A stretch of DNA of 64,000 bases from positions 1 through 64,000 of the IMG/VR virus record IMGVR_UViG_3300020462_000003. One strand, written 5' to 3'. This DNA is from a virus. The position numbers were made by a program, and so were the translations under genes. Below, in pieces: positions 48,292 through 57,173 of the stretch. The notes below the pieces were generated by a model. It had not been told where the DNA came from and made no database searches. It was given only the letters and a program-made list of their open reading frames with translations. Each line of letters begins with the position of its first letter. The stretch's first letter is position 1.

Positions 48292-49962
48292 TCAGACAAT
48301 GTAGGACGACATGCGGTCGCAGGTTTCATCTTCTTCGTCGCCTTCCCACATACCGGTGCCCTCGTTCTGGTGCAGCCCGGCCTCCTCCGAAGGCTTCCAG
48401 GCATGCAGCGAAGCCAGCATGGAGATGGTGTCAATGAAGTCGTCGTGCTTGCTCTTGAAGCCGCCAGGGGTCGCCAGCTCCAGTTCGTTAATGGCTTCCA
48501 CCATCTCGGCACTGCGCTTCTTCTCGATGGGGAAGAAGATCTTCCGCGCCTTGAACAACGGCACCACGGTGTTGAAGCGAACCAGCTTGTTGGTATTCGG
48601 ACGGATACCTGGCTTGGAGTCGTTGCCCTCTGAAGCCAGCGAGAAGTAGATGTTGCGGTTCAACATCTCGCCCTGAATCCAGGAGACGAAGCCCTGCTGC
48701 TGACCCGAGACCTCGATACCTACCTGCTGTGGTCGGTACTGCTGTGCCAGCCGGAACAGGTCATCCACGTTCTTGGACATATCCTGCCGCTTGCAGATGC
48801 CGTCTACCCACAGCCAGTCACCGGCATTGTTGTAGGCCCAGACACTGATCACGCTGTAGTCGGACTTCTGCTTCTCACTGGTGGCAAAGTCGGTGGTGAT
48901 ATAGAAGTTGAACCGGCCCCGGTTACGCAGGACAGCATCGACCTTGTACCAACCAATGTCATGGTCCTGGATCAGCCGGTCTTCGTCCGACATGATCCGC
49001 AGCATCAGTTCCTGGTTGAAGGTGTCGACCTTGCCCAGCTTGACCGCATCATCGTACTGCTTCTTCACATAGTCGTAGGTGAAGCGATCGGGCCAGCTGC
49101 CCCGGAACTCCTCCCGGCTGCAGGGGAACTGCTCGCACACCGGGAACACGTTGACCGCCCACGCTCCCGACTCCACGGCCTTGTACAGAGGGTCCTTCGC
49201 GTTGAAGGGTGTACCTGACCAGACAATGATGTTCTTGGTTGGATGCAGGGCGTAGTTGACCGCCTTGTATACCGTGTCCTCTACCGCAGAGATCACGGTG
49301 GCCGAGCGGGCGTCTTCGTCCGAGATCAAGTCATCGAGCACCGCCAGCTGTGGCCGCTTGCCCATCTCCTTGGCACCACGGACGCCGGTCTTGGCACCGT
49401 AGCCTTTGACGATGAAGATCTTGCCGTCAGCGTTGCGGAACTCCCAGCGGATATCGGTGAAGCGGATCTCAGGTACGTACTGCTTCAGGAACTCGGAGTT
49501 ATCCCAACGGAACTCCAGGTTCTTACGCATGTTCTTCACGCCGTTCTCAATTGAGTCCGACACATACAAGGCCAGGTCCACCCGCCCGAAGTTGGGCAGC
49601 TCACCGTAGGTGGCGATGTACAGGAACAGGTACTCGCCCATCACAGTGGTCTTGGCGATACCCCGGTGACACAGGTTGATCACCCGACGCCCACCCTCGG
49701 TGAGGGTATCGAGCATCTTGTAATGCACCAGGGGCGTTTTGTTCTCCTCGCCCTGCGCCCCGTTCACCAGCTTGATGAAGGTGACGAACTCCAGAGCAAA
49801 GTCACTCGGCACATAGCTCGGGTCGACCGTGTAGTCAGTGGCAGCCAGGTACTGCTCCACCTTCCACGGTGCCAACGCCTCGGCAACAGGGTCAGCAGCC
49901 AACGCACCCGTCACGCCCATGGCCATCCCGGCTATCGCCGAAGCCAGCTTGGTCATGGTCAT
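48292..49962 (-). CDS. terL: Terminase large subunit
   Basis: HRGIAKTT, VLDD, SGTP, TTDFA, HDDFID. Confidence 0.93.
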   Translation of the reverse strand: MTMTKLASAIAGMAMGVTGALAADPVAEALAPWKVEQYLAATDYTVDPSYVPSDFALEFVTFIKLVNGAQGEENKTPLVHYKMLDTLTEGGRRVINLCHRGIAKTTVMGEYLFLYIATYGELPNFGRVDLALYVSDSIENGVKNMRKNLEFRWDNSEFLKQYVPEIRFTDIRWEFRNADGKIFIVKGYGAKTGVRGAKEMGKRPQLAVLDDLISDEDARSATVISAVEDTVYKAVNYALHPTKNIIVWSGTPFNAKDPLYKAVESGAWAVNVFPVCEQFPCSREEFRGSWPDRFTYDYVKKQYDDAVKLGKVDTFNQELMLRIMSDEDRLIQDHDIGWYKVDAVLRNRGRFNFYITTDFATSEKQKSDYSVISVWAYNNAGDWLWVDGICKRQDMSKNVDDLFRLAQQYRPQQVGIEVSGQQQGFVSWIQGEMLNRNIYFSLASEGNDSKPGIRPNTNKLVRFNTVVPLFKARKIFFPIEKKRSAEMVEAINELELATPGGFKSKHDDFIDTISMLASLHAWKPSEEAGLHQNEGTGMWEGDEEDETCDRMSSYIV

Positions 49963-50045
49963 AGGCCGATCTCCGATTCAAGCCTGCCTACCACCCATGC
50001 CAGGGCAAATGCGCCAATAACAACCAGAGAAAACCAGGCACTCAT
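49959..50045 (-). CDS. 28-aa transmembrane microprotein
   Basis: MSAWFSLVVIGAFALAWVVGRLESEIGL; ATGA overlaps with terS stop and terL start. Confidence 0.55.
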   Translation of the reverse strand: MSAWFSLVVIGAFALAWVVGRLESEIGL

Positions 50046-50734
50046 TGCAGGCGCTCCCCTTCAACGTCGATCACCAGCTTGCTGTGCGCCACCTCCTGGG
50101 CATTCATGGCCCCAGCCTCCAGCATCAGCCGCTGCTGGCGAGCGAGAGCCAGGGTGGTCTCACGCAGAGCCTGGATGGAGCTGTCCTCCTTCACGTTCAC
50201 GTCCAGCTCGACCTTCTGGGTCTCCGGCATCTTCAGGTGCGTGAGCAGGGAGTTGGCCGCATCACAACGCACCTTCTCGCTATTGGCACTCACCATCAGC
50301 TCGGCCTGCACATTCAACGCCTTCTGGTACAGGTCCTGGTTCAACACGTAATGCGGAACCAGGGTTTGCTCGAAGATCAGGTTGACCAACTTGGACTTGT
50401 TGTACGCCGAGACATAACTGGCTATGTCCTTGGCAGTCACACCCTGATTGATAAAGCCCTGGTACTTGGACGGGAAGGTCTTCATGTACGCATCGATGTT
50501 GGAACAACCCAACAGCTTGTGACTGACGTACTTCACTGCATCGATGTAGTTGGAGATCTTGAACCGACCGTCCGCCATCACCTTGGTGTAACTCAGCAAG
50601 TTATCCCGGTACTGCTCGTACATCTCAGGATCAGCCAGTGTCTTGTTGACGGCATCAATCAAGTCCTGGCTTACCGACTTCTTCACCTTGTCAGGCAAAG
50701 CTCGCTGGAATTGTTCAAGAGTAAGTGCGGACAT
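50042..50734 (-). CDS. Probable terminase small subunit (gp69-like)
   Basis: Y..AVKYVS.KL, AY.K.KLV..I.EQ, SEKVR.DAA.SLL..LK; upstream of terL. Confidence 0.75.
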   Translation of the reverse strand: MSALTLEQFQRALPDKVKKSVSQDLIDAVNKTLADPEMYEQYRDNLLSYTKVMADGRFKISNYIDAVKYVSHKLLGCSNIDAYMKTFPSKYQGFINQGVTAKDIASYVSAYNKSKLVNLIFEQTLVPHYVLNQDLYQKALNVQAELMVSANSEKVRCDAANSLLTHLKMPETQKVELDVNVKEDSSIQALRETTLALARQQRLMLEAGAMNAQEVAHSKLVIDVEGERLQ

Positions 50735-50974
50735 GAAGGAACCCCTATTCACCATATAGGGTGAACATAGTATGGAGTTGGGACTTAAAGACAAAATCGG
50801 AGTGAGTGGAAGTGTACGGAAGGAAAGGTATTTAGCGAAATTGGGTCCTCGGGTTTTGGGAATTTTTATAATTTGGGTACTGACCTAGTACTTACAGTTT
50901 CTTACCTCAAAAACTAAACCACCCCCCCCCATTACTCCGTACACGTATTCACCACCTACCTACCCACTACCACC

Positions 50975-50994
50975 AGGCTTCGCCTAAGTATGGA
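50975..50994 (+). promoter_or_regulatory. vRNAP hairpin promoter Pe1
   Basis: AGGC-TTC-GCCT...TGGA; template strand has C-GAA-G triloop. Confidence 0.8.
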
Positions 50995-51029
50995 TCAATC
51001 TCGATCCTTCCCTGATCAGGAGCTACACC

Positions 51030-51257
51030 ATGTGGGACGCCATCTTCGCCGCTATCACCGCTGCCTTCCAATCCGTAGGCACCGTATGTCACGCAGCCAA
51101 CACTGCAGCTGACTCCATCCATGACCTTGCCAAAGTAGGCAAAGTCCACAGCCAAAAGCTCCTGCTTGAGGCTGAACTCGAATCCGAGGAATCCATCTTC
51201 ACCATGCGTACATCACTGGACGCCAAGAAGAAACTCCTCATCACGCAACAGCCGTAA
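51030..51257 (+). CDS. First early protein
   Basis: AGGAG RBS, downstream of Pe1, followed by a terminator. Confidence 0.7.
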   Translation: MWDAIFAAITAAFQSVGTVCHAANTAADSIHDLAKVGKVHSQKLLLEAELESEESIFTMRTSLDAKKKLLITQQP

Positions 51258-51261
51258 CACC

Positions 51262-51290
51262 AGGGACCCTTCGGGGTCCCTACCCTTTTT
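51262..51290 (+). terminator. Intrinsic terminator
   Basis: AGGGACCC-TTCG-GGGTCCCT. Confidence 0.7.
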
Positions 51291-51330
51291 AAAGCACACA
51301 CCTTTAAAGCACACAAAGAGCACACACCTT
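51287..51330. repeat. Short tandem repeat, (A/G)AGCACACA x3
   Basis: tttaaagcacacacc tttaaagcacaca aagagcacacacc. Confidence 0.65.
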
Positions 51331-51361
51331 AGACAGTGTTATCAGAGATACAGTAGATCAC

Positions 51362-51382
51362 CGGGCTTCGCCCGAGAGTGGA
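51362..51382 (+). promoter_or_regulatory. vRNAP hairpin promoter Pe2
   Basis: CGGGC-TTC-GCCCG...TGGA, same spacing as Pe1. Confidence 0.8.
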
Positions 51383-51421
51383 ATGAGAGCAGTCAGCTCT
51401 CTCAACTCTTTGAGGTGATGT

Positions 51422-51646
51422 ATGTTTCATACTCAGGTCCCTGTCTCTACTGAACTTGATGCCATCGAGTTCTTCAACACACTCGAAGAGTGTGAGGAAT
51501 ACTGCGAAGGAGTACTCATGTACTCCCTTCCAGAAGAGGATGGATTCTTCATCTGGAAAGGTACGGAACTGGCATGCACAGTTGCCCGTAATCCTTGGAA
51601 CAATGAAGTATTCGCTTACCGCGAAAGTAACTTCGATTCCTTCTAA
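51422..51646 (+). CDS. Early hypothetical protein
   Basis: GAGGTG RBS; acidic 74 aa. Confidence 0.65.
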   Translation: MFHTQVPVSTELDAIEFFNTLEECEEYCEGVLMYSLPEEDGFFIWKGTELACTVARNPWNNEVFAYRESNFDSF

Positions 51647-51711
51647 TCCCAAACCGATACACACCCGATAAGTTGCTTGTCGGGTGCATCCTCATGTCTG
51701 GAGACAGTGTT

Positions 51712-51888
51712 ATGGACAACTACCATGTTGTTGCCTACTTCGAGTACCACTCCAAGAAGTGTGGTCTGCATACCTTCGGTGGTATGAGCATGTATCACCT
51801 TGCTACTCGTGAACTCTTCGATGCGCGTACTCATTCCATGTACGGGTATCTCGTTTCGCCTGCTTGCGATACAGACATTCCTTTCTAA
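51712..51888 (+). CDS. Early hypothetical protein
   Basis: GGAG RBS; MDNYHVV...DIPF. Confidence 0.55.
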   Translation: MDNYHVVAYFEYHSKKCGLHTFGGMSMYHLATRELFDARTHSMYGYLVSPACDTDIPF

Positions 51889-51901
51889 TTCCGAGGTTCC
51901 T

Positions 51902-52048
51902 ATGCAACCCACTGTCTCTCTGCTCATCACCACTGTCCTTGTATTCCAGCTTGTTGTTGTTGGTCTGATCTTCAACCACAACATGCCCAACTGGTGTGCT
52001 ACTCCAGAAGTAGGACACAACTACCTGCTTCAACCTTTCTGCAAGTAA
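51902..52048 (+). CDS. Early small membrane protein
   Basis: GAGG RBS; MQPTVSLLITTVLVFQLVVVGLIF. Confidence 0.55.
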   Translation: MQPTVSLLITTVLVFQLVVVGLIFNHNMPNWCATPEVGHNYLLQPFCK

Positions 52049-52072
52049 TCACACATCTCTTCAGTTAATCAG

Positions 52073-52094
52073 GCGAACTCCGTTCGCTTGAGGA
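52073..52094 (+). promoter_or_regulatory. vRNAP hairpin promoter Pe3 (GGA-loop variant)
   Basis: GCGAAC-TCC-GTTCGC...AGGA; GG at the same distance from the loop centre. Confidence 0.65.
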
Positions 52095-52121
52095 AGTGAG
52101 TTCATCTAAAGGACTTCAGTT

Positions 52122-52205
52122 ATGGACATTCACGACAAACTCACACTGGTATTCAGTGGAGTCAGTATTGCCCTTATCTTCGGAAAACTGGGAGGTCTGA
52201 TATGA
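52122..52205 (+). CDS. 27-aa hydrophobic peptide
   Basis: AAGGA RBS; MDIHDKLTLVFSGVSIALIFGKLGGLI; ATGA overlap with next ORF. Confidence 0.5.
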   Translation: MDIHDKLTLVFSGVSIALIFGKLGGLI

Positions 52206-52372
52206 CCTTCCCTCTTCCCCTGATCGAGGTTGACGAGCATTCCGTCGCCTCGTTGTACATCTGCGATGAAGATCAGCTCGTGTCAGTCGATAGCGTGGAA
52301 GCCACTCTGGCCCATGCCATCGAGGACTACTACGCAAGCCGTGGCTACTACGTGGCCATCGAGCTGGCTTGA
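52202..52372 (+). CDS. Early acidic 56-aa protein
   Basis: GGAGG RBS; MTFPLPLIEVDEH...AIELA. Confidence 0.6.
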   Translation: MTFPLPLIEVDEHSVASLYICDEDQLVSVDSVEATLAHAIEDYYASRGYYVAIELA

Positions 52373-52408
52373 GTCAGCTTCACCTCTTTAAGCGTTCCCA
52401 TCGTCCAC

Positions 52409-52429
52409 CCGGCTTCGCCGGAGAATGGA
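52409..52429 (+). promoter_or_regulatory. vRNAP hairpin promoter Pe4
   Basis: CCGGC-TTC-GCCGG...TGGA. Confidence 0.8.
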
Positions 52430-52471
52430 TAGAGCAGCCTGCTCAACACTACCCATGCAAGGAGATTCACC

Positions 52472-52744
52472 ATGGCTTTTAATTCCAATGCCCGTAACAA
52501 CCAGCCTGCTGTTGCCAACGACAACTGGAAGGCTCAAGGATTCATCAACATCTACCTGCCGACACCGGATGGTGGTCGTCGTAAGATCGGTTCGATCGCT
52601 CTGAAGGAATCGAAAGCCTACGAGGCTGCGCTGCTCAAGCGTCTGTCGACTGATCCTCTGGCCATCCAGAAGATGGCTGAAGCGATCCAGCTGGACTTCC
52701 AGCTCGCTGACAAAGAGGTGAAGGAAAACGAACTCGGTTTCTGA
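52472..52744 (+). CDS. Drc-like ssDNA-binding RNAP II cofactor (functional analogue of N4 gp2)
   Basis: ARN.Q...A..FIN...PT.DG.....SI.L pattern recalled from LUZ7 Drc; own early promoter and terminator. Confidence 0.6.
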   Translation: MAFNSNARNNQPAVANDNWKAQGFINIYLPTPDGGRRKIGSIALKESKAYEAALLKRLSTDPLAIQKMAEAIQLDFQLADKEVKENELGF

Positions 52745-52763
52745 TCCACCTCTGTGGCATCCA

Positions 52764-52798
52764 AGGCCTGCTTCCCTCAAGGGGGAGTGGGCCTTTTT
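52764..52798 (+). terminator. Intrinsic terminator
   Basis: AGGCCTGCTTCCCT...GGGGGAGTGGGCCT plus T-run. Confidence 0.7.
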
Positions 52799-52800
52799 AT

Positions 52801-52840
52801 TATGCGTCGTTTTCGTCAGACAGCTTCGCTGGAGGATGGA
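52801..52840 (+). promoter_or_regulatory. 15-mer copy 2 plus vRNAP hairpin promoter Pe5
   Basis: TATGCGTCGTTTTCG (52801-52815) then CAGC-TTC-GCTG...TGGA (52821-52840). Confidence 0.75.
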
Positions 52841-52941
52841 ATCACCTACCTGTGTCGCTGACAGTGGACTCCCTTCGGGGAAGCACAGGCGATTATCCAG
52901 AGCCGTGTTGCACGGGCTTTTTACCCATCAAGGAGTGAACC

Positions 52942-53253
52942 ATGACCACCCTCGAAAAGCTGCAAATGCACCTGATCAGCCCTGCCATTCACCAGCACTT
53001 GCCGGGACACTTCCATAAGGAAGTTGCTGCGTCTGTGCGTTGTGCTGACGGCACCACAATGTCGGTGCAAGCCAGTGAGCACGCTTACTGCTCACCGCGT
53101 ACCAACTTCGGTCCTTATACCCAAGTGGAGGTCTGGCGCTGTGGTGAGGTGCCTGCATGGGCTGAATACGGCGATGGTGAAGAACCGTATGCCTACCTTC
53201 CCATTGAATTGGTAGTGGAAGAAATAGACCGTCGAGGCGGTTTCGCAAATTGA
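52942..53253 (+). CDS. Conserved early phage protein
   Basis: CADG...SVQAS..AYCSPR....PY..VEV...Y.Y.P.E.V...I..RGG. Confidence 0.75.
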   Translation: MTTLEKLQMHLISPAIHQHLPGHFHKEVAASVRCADGTTMSVQASEHAYCSPRTNFGPYTQVEVWRCGEVPAWAEYGDGEEPYAYLPIELVVEEIDRRGGFAN

Positions 53254-53296
53254 CCAGAAGCCCCGATTCAAGGGCTTCGTTGTATCTGGAGTAACC

Positions 53297-53563
53297 ATGA
53301 GCCACACCGTTGTAGCCGTCGACAAAACCACCGACACCATCGTCCACATTCAGGTGGAAGATTTGTCGGACTTCAATGCCCTTGACGCAGCTCACCTGCT
53401 GTACGAGCGGCCCAAGCTGGTGCTGTTCATACCCCAGATCCACAAAGACATAGTGCATTCGCACATGCGCTATCACCGCAGCCGTGGCTGTGTGAAGCAC
53501 CGTCTCTGCCATATCACCGATATCCCTGCACGAGTCCGTGCTGCGTTTCTACTTGCCCACTGA
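53297..53563 (+). CDS. Early protein with C-terminal DIPARVRAAFLL motif
   Basis: GGAG RBS. Confidence 0.65.
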   Translation: MSHTVVAVDKTTDTIVHIQVEDLSDFNALDAAHLLYERPKLVLFIPQIHKDIVHSHMRYHRSRGCVKHRLCHITDIPARVRAAFLLAH

Positions 53564-53575
53564 AAGGAATCCTCA

Positions 53576-53794
53576 ATGTCCGTATCTGCTCTGCGTTACC
53601 TGCACACCCCAACCAACAAAGAACACGCTGTGCGTGTGGCCTCTCTGCATGACGCTCGGGAGATCGTATCTGCCCTTGATCAGCAGAAGGTTAAGGGCAT
53701 CCGCATCAGCTACTTCAGTGATTACCACCACTGTGAGGTGATCACTCACCAGTTCACTGATGGCGAGTTCATCACCACCCGGAAGCGGGTGTGA
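53576..53794 (+). CDS. Early hypothetical protein
   Basis: AAGGA RBS. Confidence 0.6.
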   Translation: MSVSALRYLHTPTNKEHAVRVASLHDAREIVSALDQQKVKGIRISYFSDYHHCEVITHQFTDGEFITTRKRV

Positions 53795-54057
53795 GCGTCC
53801 AGTACCTGTGCCTGAAGCGTGGCGTGCTTCAGCACCACATTGAGCCAGATGAGGATTGGCTGGAATTCCCTTCTCGTTACCTCAAGGCCAACCCTCATGC
53901 CGCTGTATATCGCAAGCGGCATACAGGTGGACAGTACCTGCGATATGCCTATGACAAGGCCAAACGTCACCCACGCCAAATGCGTTCGACCGTGATGGAA
54001 CGTCACGAGCTACCGCCTGAAGTACAGGCAGCCATGCTGCTGCTTGATATCAAATAA
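53791..54057 (+). CDS. Early protein with C-terminal ELPPEVQAAMLL motif
   Basis: GTGA overlap with previous ORF. Confidence 0.6.
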   Translation: MSVQYLCLKRGVLQHHIEPDEDWLEFPSRYLKANPHAAVYRKRHTGGQYLRYAYDKAKRHPRQMRSTVMERHELPPEVQAAMLLLDIK

Positions 54058-54071
54058 CCAAGGAGAGATCC

Positions 54072-55052
54072 ATGTCCCATCCCACTCTGATGCTGCCGTA
54101 CGACCTGCAGTTGGCCAACGAACACCGGTTCTCCAAGCATCACATCGACCGCTATATCCGCAAGGAGATAGCAGCCAATGAGTGGATGCAGGCCAAGGTG
54201 CAAGAAGGCGTTCAGCTGCTTAATGACTGGCTGTCTGGCCAGTACTACGAATCCAAGATGGCACGACTGGAACAGGTCCGTGCCCTTGATCTGGAGGAGT
54301 TGGTACTGACCATCTTCACCCAGATCGCCTACTGCCAGCGTGACGAGCTGTTCACTTCGGTGACGGCTCAGCTGGCAGGCAGACTGCACTTCAGCGAGAA
54401 GCGTGAAGGCATCCAGACCATCGCTGAGATGGTGGCTGTGCTGTGTGCGACAGACGTGTTCGATATCAACAAGTACAGCAACGCTGCCAGCTTGATGATC
54501 CAGAGCCGTATCCCACTCAGTGAGGAGCTGCTGCAGTACATCTACGAATCACGGTTCCTGCCACCCATGGTCTGCACACCCAATGTGGTCACGCACAATC
54601 ATGAGTCAGGCCACCTGACCCACAACGATTCGTTGGTACTGGGCAAAGGCAATCACCATGACGGTGACCTCTGTCTGGACGTGATCAACCTGCAGAACCA
54701 GATCCCGCTCAAACTGGACTTGGACTTTCTGTGTGCCTTGGAAGAGGAACCCAACAAACCCTTCACACTGGAGAACGTGAAGGACAAGGCCCTTGAGGAA
54801 GGGGACGTGCTTACCGATGCCCAAGCCAAGGAGATCCTGCAACAGCAGATCGACAACTGGGACACCTTCAAGGCCGAGTCCAACGACATGTATATCCTGA
54901 TGTTGAACCAAGGCAATCGCTTCCACCTGACCAACAAGGTGGACAAGCGAGGGCGTCTGTATGCCATCGGTTATCACATCACCACTCAAGGCAGTGCCTT
55001 CAAGAAGGCTGTCATTGAGCTGGCTGACGAAGAGATCGTGGAGGGTGTGTGA
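54072..55052 (+). CDS. RNA polymerase II subunit 1 (N4 gp15-like)
   Basis: LPPMV..P, DKRGRLY..GYHI..QG..F.KA. Confidence 0.9.
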   Translation: MSHPTLMLPYDLQLANEHRFSKHHIDRYIRKEIAANEWMQAKVQEGVQLLNDWLSGQYYESKMARLEQVRALDLEELVLTIFTQIAYCQRDELFTSVTAQLAGRLHFSEKREGIQTIAEMVAVLCATDVFDINKYSNAASLMIQSRIPLSEELLQYIYESRFLPPMVCTPNVVTHNHESGHLTHNDSLVLGKGNHHDGDLCLDVINLQNQIPLKLDLDFLCALEEEPNKPFTLENVKDKALEEGDVLTDAQAKEILQQQIDNWDTFKAESNDMYILMLNQGNRFHLTNKVDKRGRLYAIGYHITTQGSAFKKAVIELADEEIVEGV

Positions 55053-55252
55053 AGACGTACGTTGTGTTCTACGGAACACAGGTGTACGGCGAGTACACCC
55101 CAGTCACATGGCCTGATGATCTACCAGATGGTGCTTACGCCATCACGCCGTTCGGTAACTGGATTCGTATTAATCACGGAATTCACCTGCCTTGTGATCC
55201 GGACGATGTACCTGCCGTAGTGAAGACACTAGCCCTAATCTTGGGGCGTTAA
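55049..55252 (+). CDS. Small protein between the RNAP subunits, C-terminal DVPAVVKTLAL motif
   Basis: GTGA overlap; GGAGG RBS. Confidence 0.6.
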   Translation: MKTYVVFYGTQVYGEYTPVTWPDDLPDGAYAITPFGNWIRINHGIHLPCDPDDVPAVVKTLALILGR

Positions 55253-55327
55253 ACCCCAACCTAATCAATCGCTTACCGGTGTGAACAACACCGGGACGGC
55301 ATCCTATTGCCCAAAGGAATTGAAACC

Positions 55328-56563
55328 ATGATGAAATTCACAGGCTTTGAATACTTGCTGATCGACGCTGCCAACAACTTTGGTCTCGACAAGCTCCGCT
55401 TCGAAGATCGCATCCAATGGGCACGGGACAACCTTGACCATCTGGAGGACCTACTCGATCAGGCTGAAACCAAGCCGCTGTACCTCAAGGCTGTGATGGC
55501 CATCCGCAAGGCGCAGAACCGTGAACCCACTGGCCACCTCGTGGCTATGGATGCCACCTGCTCCGGTGTGCAGATCATGTCTGTACTCACTGGCTGCATG
55601 GCAGGTGCCAAGGCCACTGGTCTGGTTGATCCTGACCGTCGTGCCGATGCCTACAGTGACCTGAACGAGTGCATGAATGGTTTGCTGGGTGGCGGATTCT
55701 CCGTACCACGCAAGGACACCAAGCAGGCACTGATGACCAGCTGCTATGGCTCCAAGAAGGTGCCAAAGGTGCTGTTCGGTGAAGGTACTGAAGAACTCAA
55801 CGCCTTCTATGAGGCGGTCGAGATCGTGGCACCCGGTGCATGGGAACTGCTGCAGGACCTGTTGGCCAGCTGGCAGGCCTACTCACTGTGCCATGCGTGG
55901 AAGCTGCCTGACGGCTTCGATGCCAAGGTCAAAGTGATGGTTAAGCAGGAGGCTCGTATCGAGGTGGATGAGCTGGATCACGCCACCTTCACCTACGAGT
56001 ACTACGTCAACGAGGGTGAGAAGACTGGCCGTGCCAACGTGGCCAATGTCATCCACTCCATCGACGCCTTCATCCTGCGTGAGTTGCTGCGTCGCTGTAA
56101 CTACGACTTCAACGTAGTGAGCTATGCCAACGATCTGATCGAGACTGAGCTACTGGAGCGTAATCTGAATGGCTGGAACCACCCACAAACGGACTCGGAT
56201 ATCGAGTACTTCAGTGCGCAGTTCATGCGCAGTGGCCAAGCCAGTGTGGTGATCCTGCCTTACCTCAACGAACACAACGTATCCAGTCTGGGAACGTGGC
56301 ACCTGCAAGTGCTTAAAGGCATCACCAACCAGATGTTGCAATACAACCCCTTCCCGGTGATTACCATCCATGACTCGTTCGCGGCTCATGCCAACAACGT
56401 CAATTGGGTGCGTCACTGGTACAAGGAGATCCTTGCAGAACTGGCTGACTCGGAAGTCCTCAGCGACATTCTGAGCCAGATCCATGGTGTAGCGGGCAAC
56501 GTGCCCAAGCGCATGCAGAACCTTAGTGCCCTGATTCGCCAGTCCAACTATGCACTCTCCTGA
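55328..56563 (+). CDS. RNA polymerase II subunit 2 (N4 gp16-like)
   Basis: DATCSG.Q, RK..K...MT..YG, ANVIHSID, IHDSF. Confidence 0.92.
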   Translation: MMKFTGFEYLLIDAANNFGLDKLRFEDRIQWARDNLDHLEDLLDQAETKPLYLKAVMAIRKAQNREPTGHLVAMDATCSGVQIMSVLTGCMAGAKATGLVDPDRRADAYSDLNECMNGLLGGGFSVPRKDTKQALMTSCYGSKKVPKVLFGEGTEELNAFYEAVEIVAPGAWELLQDLLASWQAYSLCHAWKLPDGFDAKVKVMVKQEARIEVDELDHATFTYEYYVNEGEKTGRANVANVIHSIDAFILRELLRRCNYDFNVVSYANDLIETELLERNLNGWNHPQTDSDIEYFSAQFMRSGQASVVILPYLNEHNVSSLGTWHLQVLKGITNQMLQYNPFPVITIHDSFAAHANNVNWVRHWYKEILAELADSEVLSDILSQIHGVAGNVPKRMQNLSALIRQSNYALS

Positions 56564-56606
56564 GTTGAACAGGTGCGCTCCGCGCACTCGATGAAGCAAC
56601 TCCTCT

Positions 56607-56636
56607 TGCAGCCCTTCGGGGTTGCATCTTTTTTTT
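56607..56636 (+). terminator. Terminator after RNAP II genes
   Basis: TGCAGCCC-TTCG-GGGTTGCA plus T-run. Confidence 0.85.
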
Positions 56637-56783
56637 CCAGCACCCGCACAGCTGAACGAAGACAGTCATAGAAGTATTGGAGAACTTCTCCAAACTACTA
56701 AACCGATATTCTAACTTTCGGAAAGACAGTCATTTCTACCATGTGCTGCCGATAGACAGACTCCCTCTTTAGGACCCCCTTTA

Positions 56784-57173
56784 ATGACTGTTTGGATTCT
56801 CTCTGACAAAGAGCAGGACGAGATTGCTCGTATCTATTCTTTGAAGTTCCACACCATGTATGACCTGGCCAATAAGTACCAAGTCTCGATTGGAACCATA
56901 AGCAAAGTGCTGCGTGAAAAAGGCATCACTGGCAAGGCTCCAGCCATTACTGTTGAGCAAGCCAACTTGTTGCAAGTTGCAGATAAGTACTTGATCAACG
57001 CCCCCAAGCTGGAAGAGCTTGTTCACATGCCTTCTCTCACTTACCCCAATGTCCAGCGTTACCTGGAAGGACTGGAACAGGACAGATTGATAACTCTGTT
57101 CTCCCGTACTTCCATTGGTAACTGGCTACTCTCCCTACAACCCAAGGAAGAACAACATGTTGAAAGCAATTGA
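56784..57173 (+). CDS. HTH DNA-binding protein
   Basis: TMYDLANKYQVSIGTISKVLREKG. Confidence 0.7.
   Translation: MTVWILSDKEQDEIARIYSLKFHTMYDLANKYQVSIGTISKVLREKGITGKAPAITVEQANLLQVADKYLINAPKLEELVHMPSLTYPNVQRYLEGLEQDRLITLFSRTSIGNWLLSLQPKEEQHVESN

Noticed and set aside
56573-56595. GTGCGC-TCC-GCGCAC as a sixth vRNAP promoter
   Set aside because: Good hairpin but no GG at +12 from the loop centre, and a terminator follows immediately; left uncalled.
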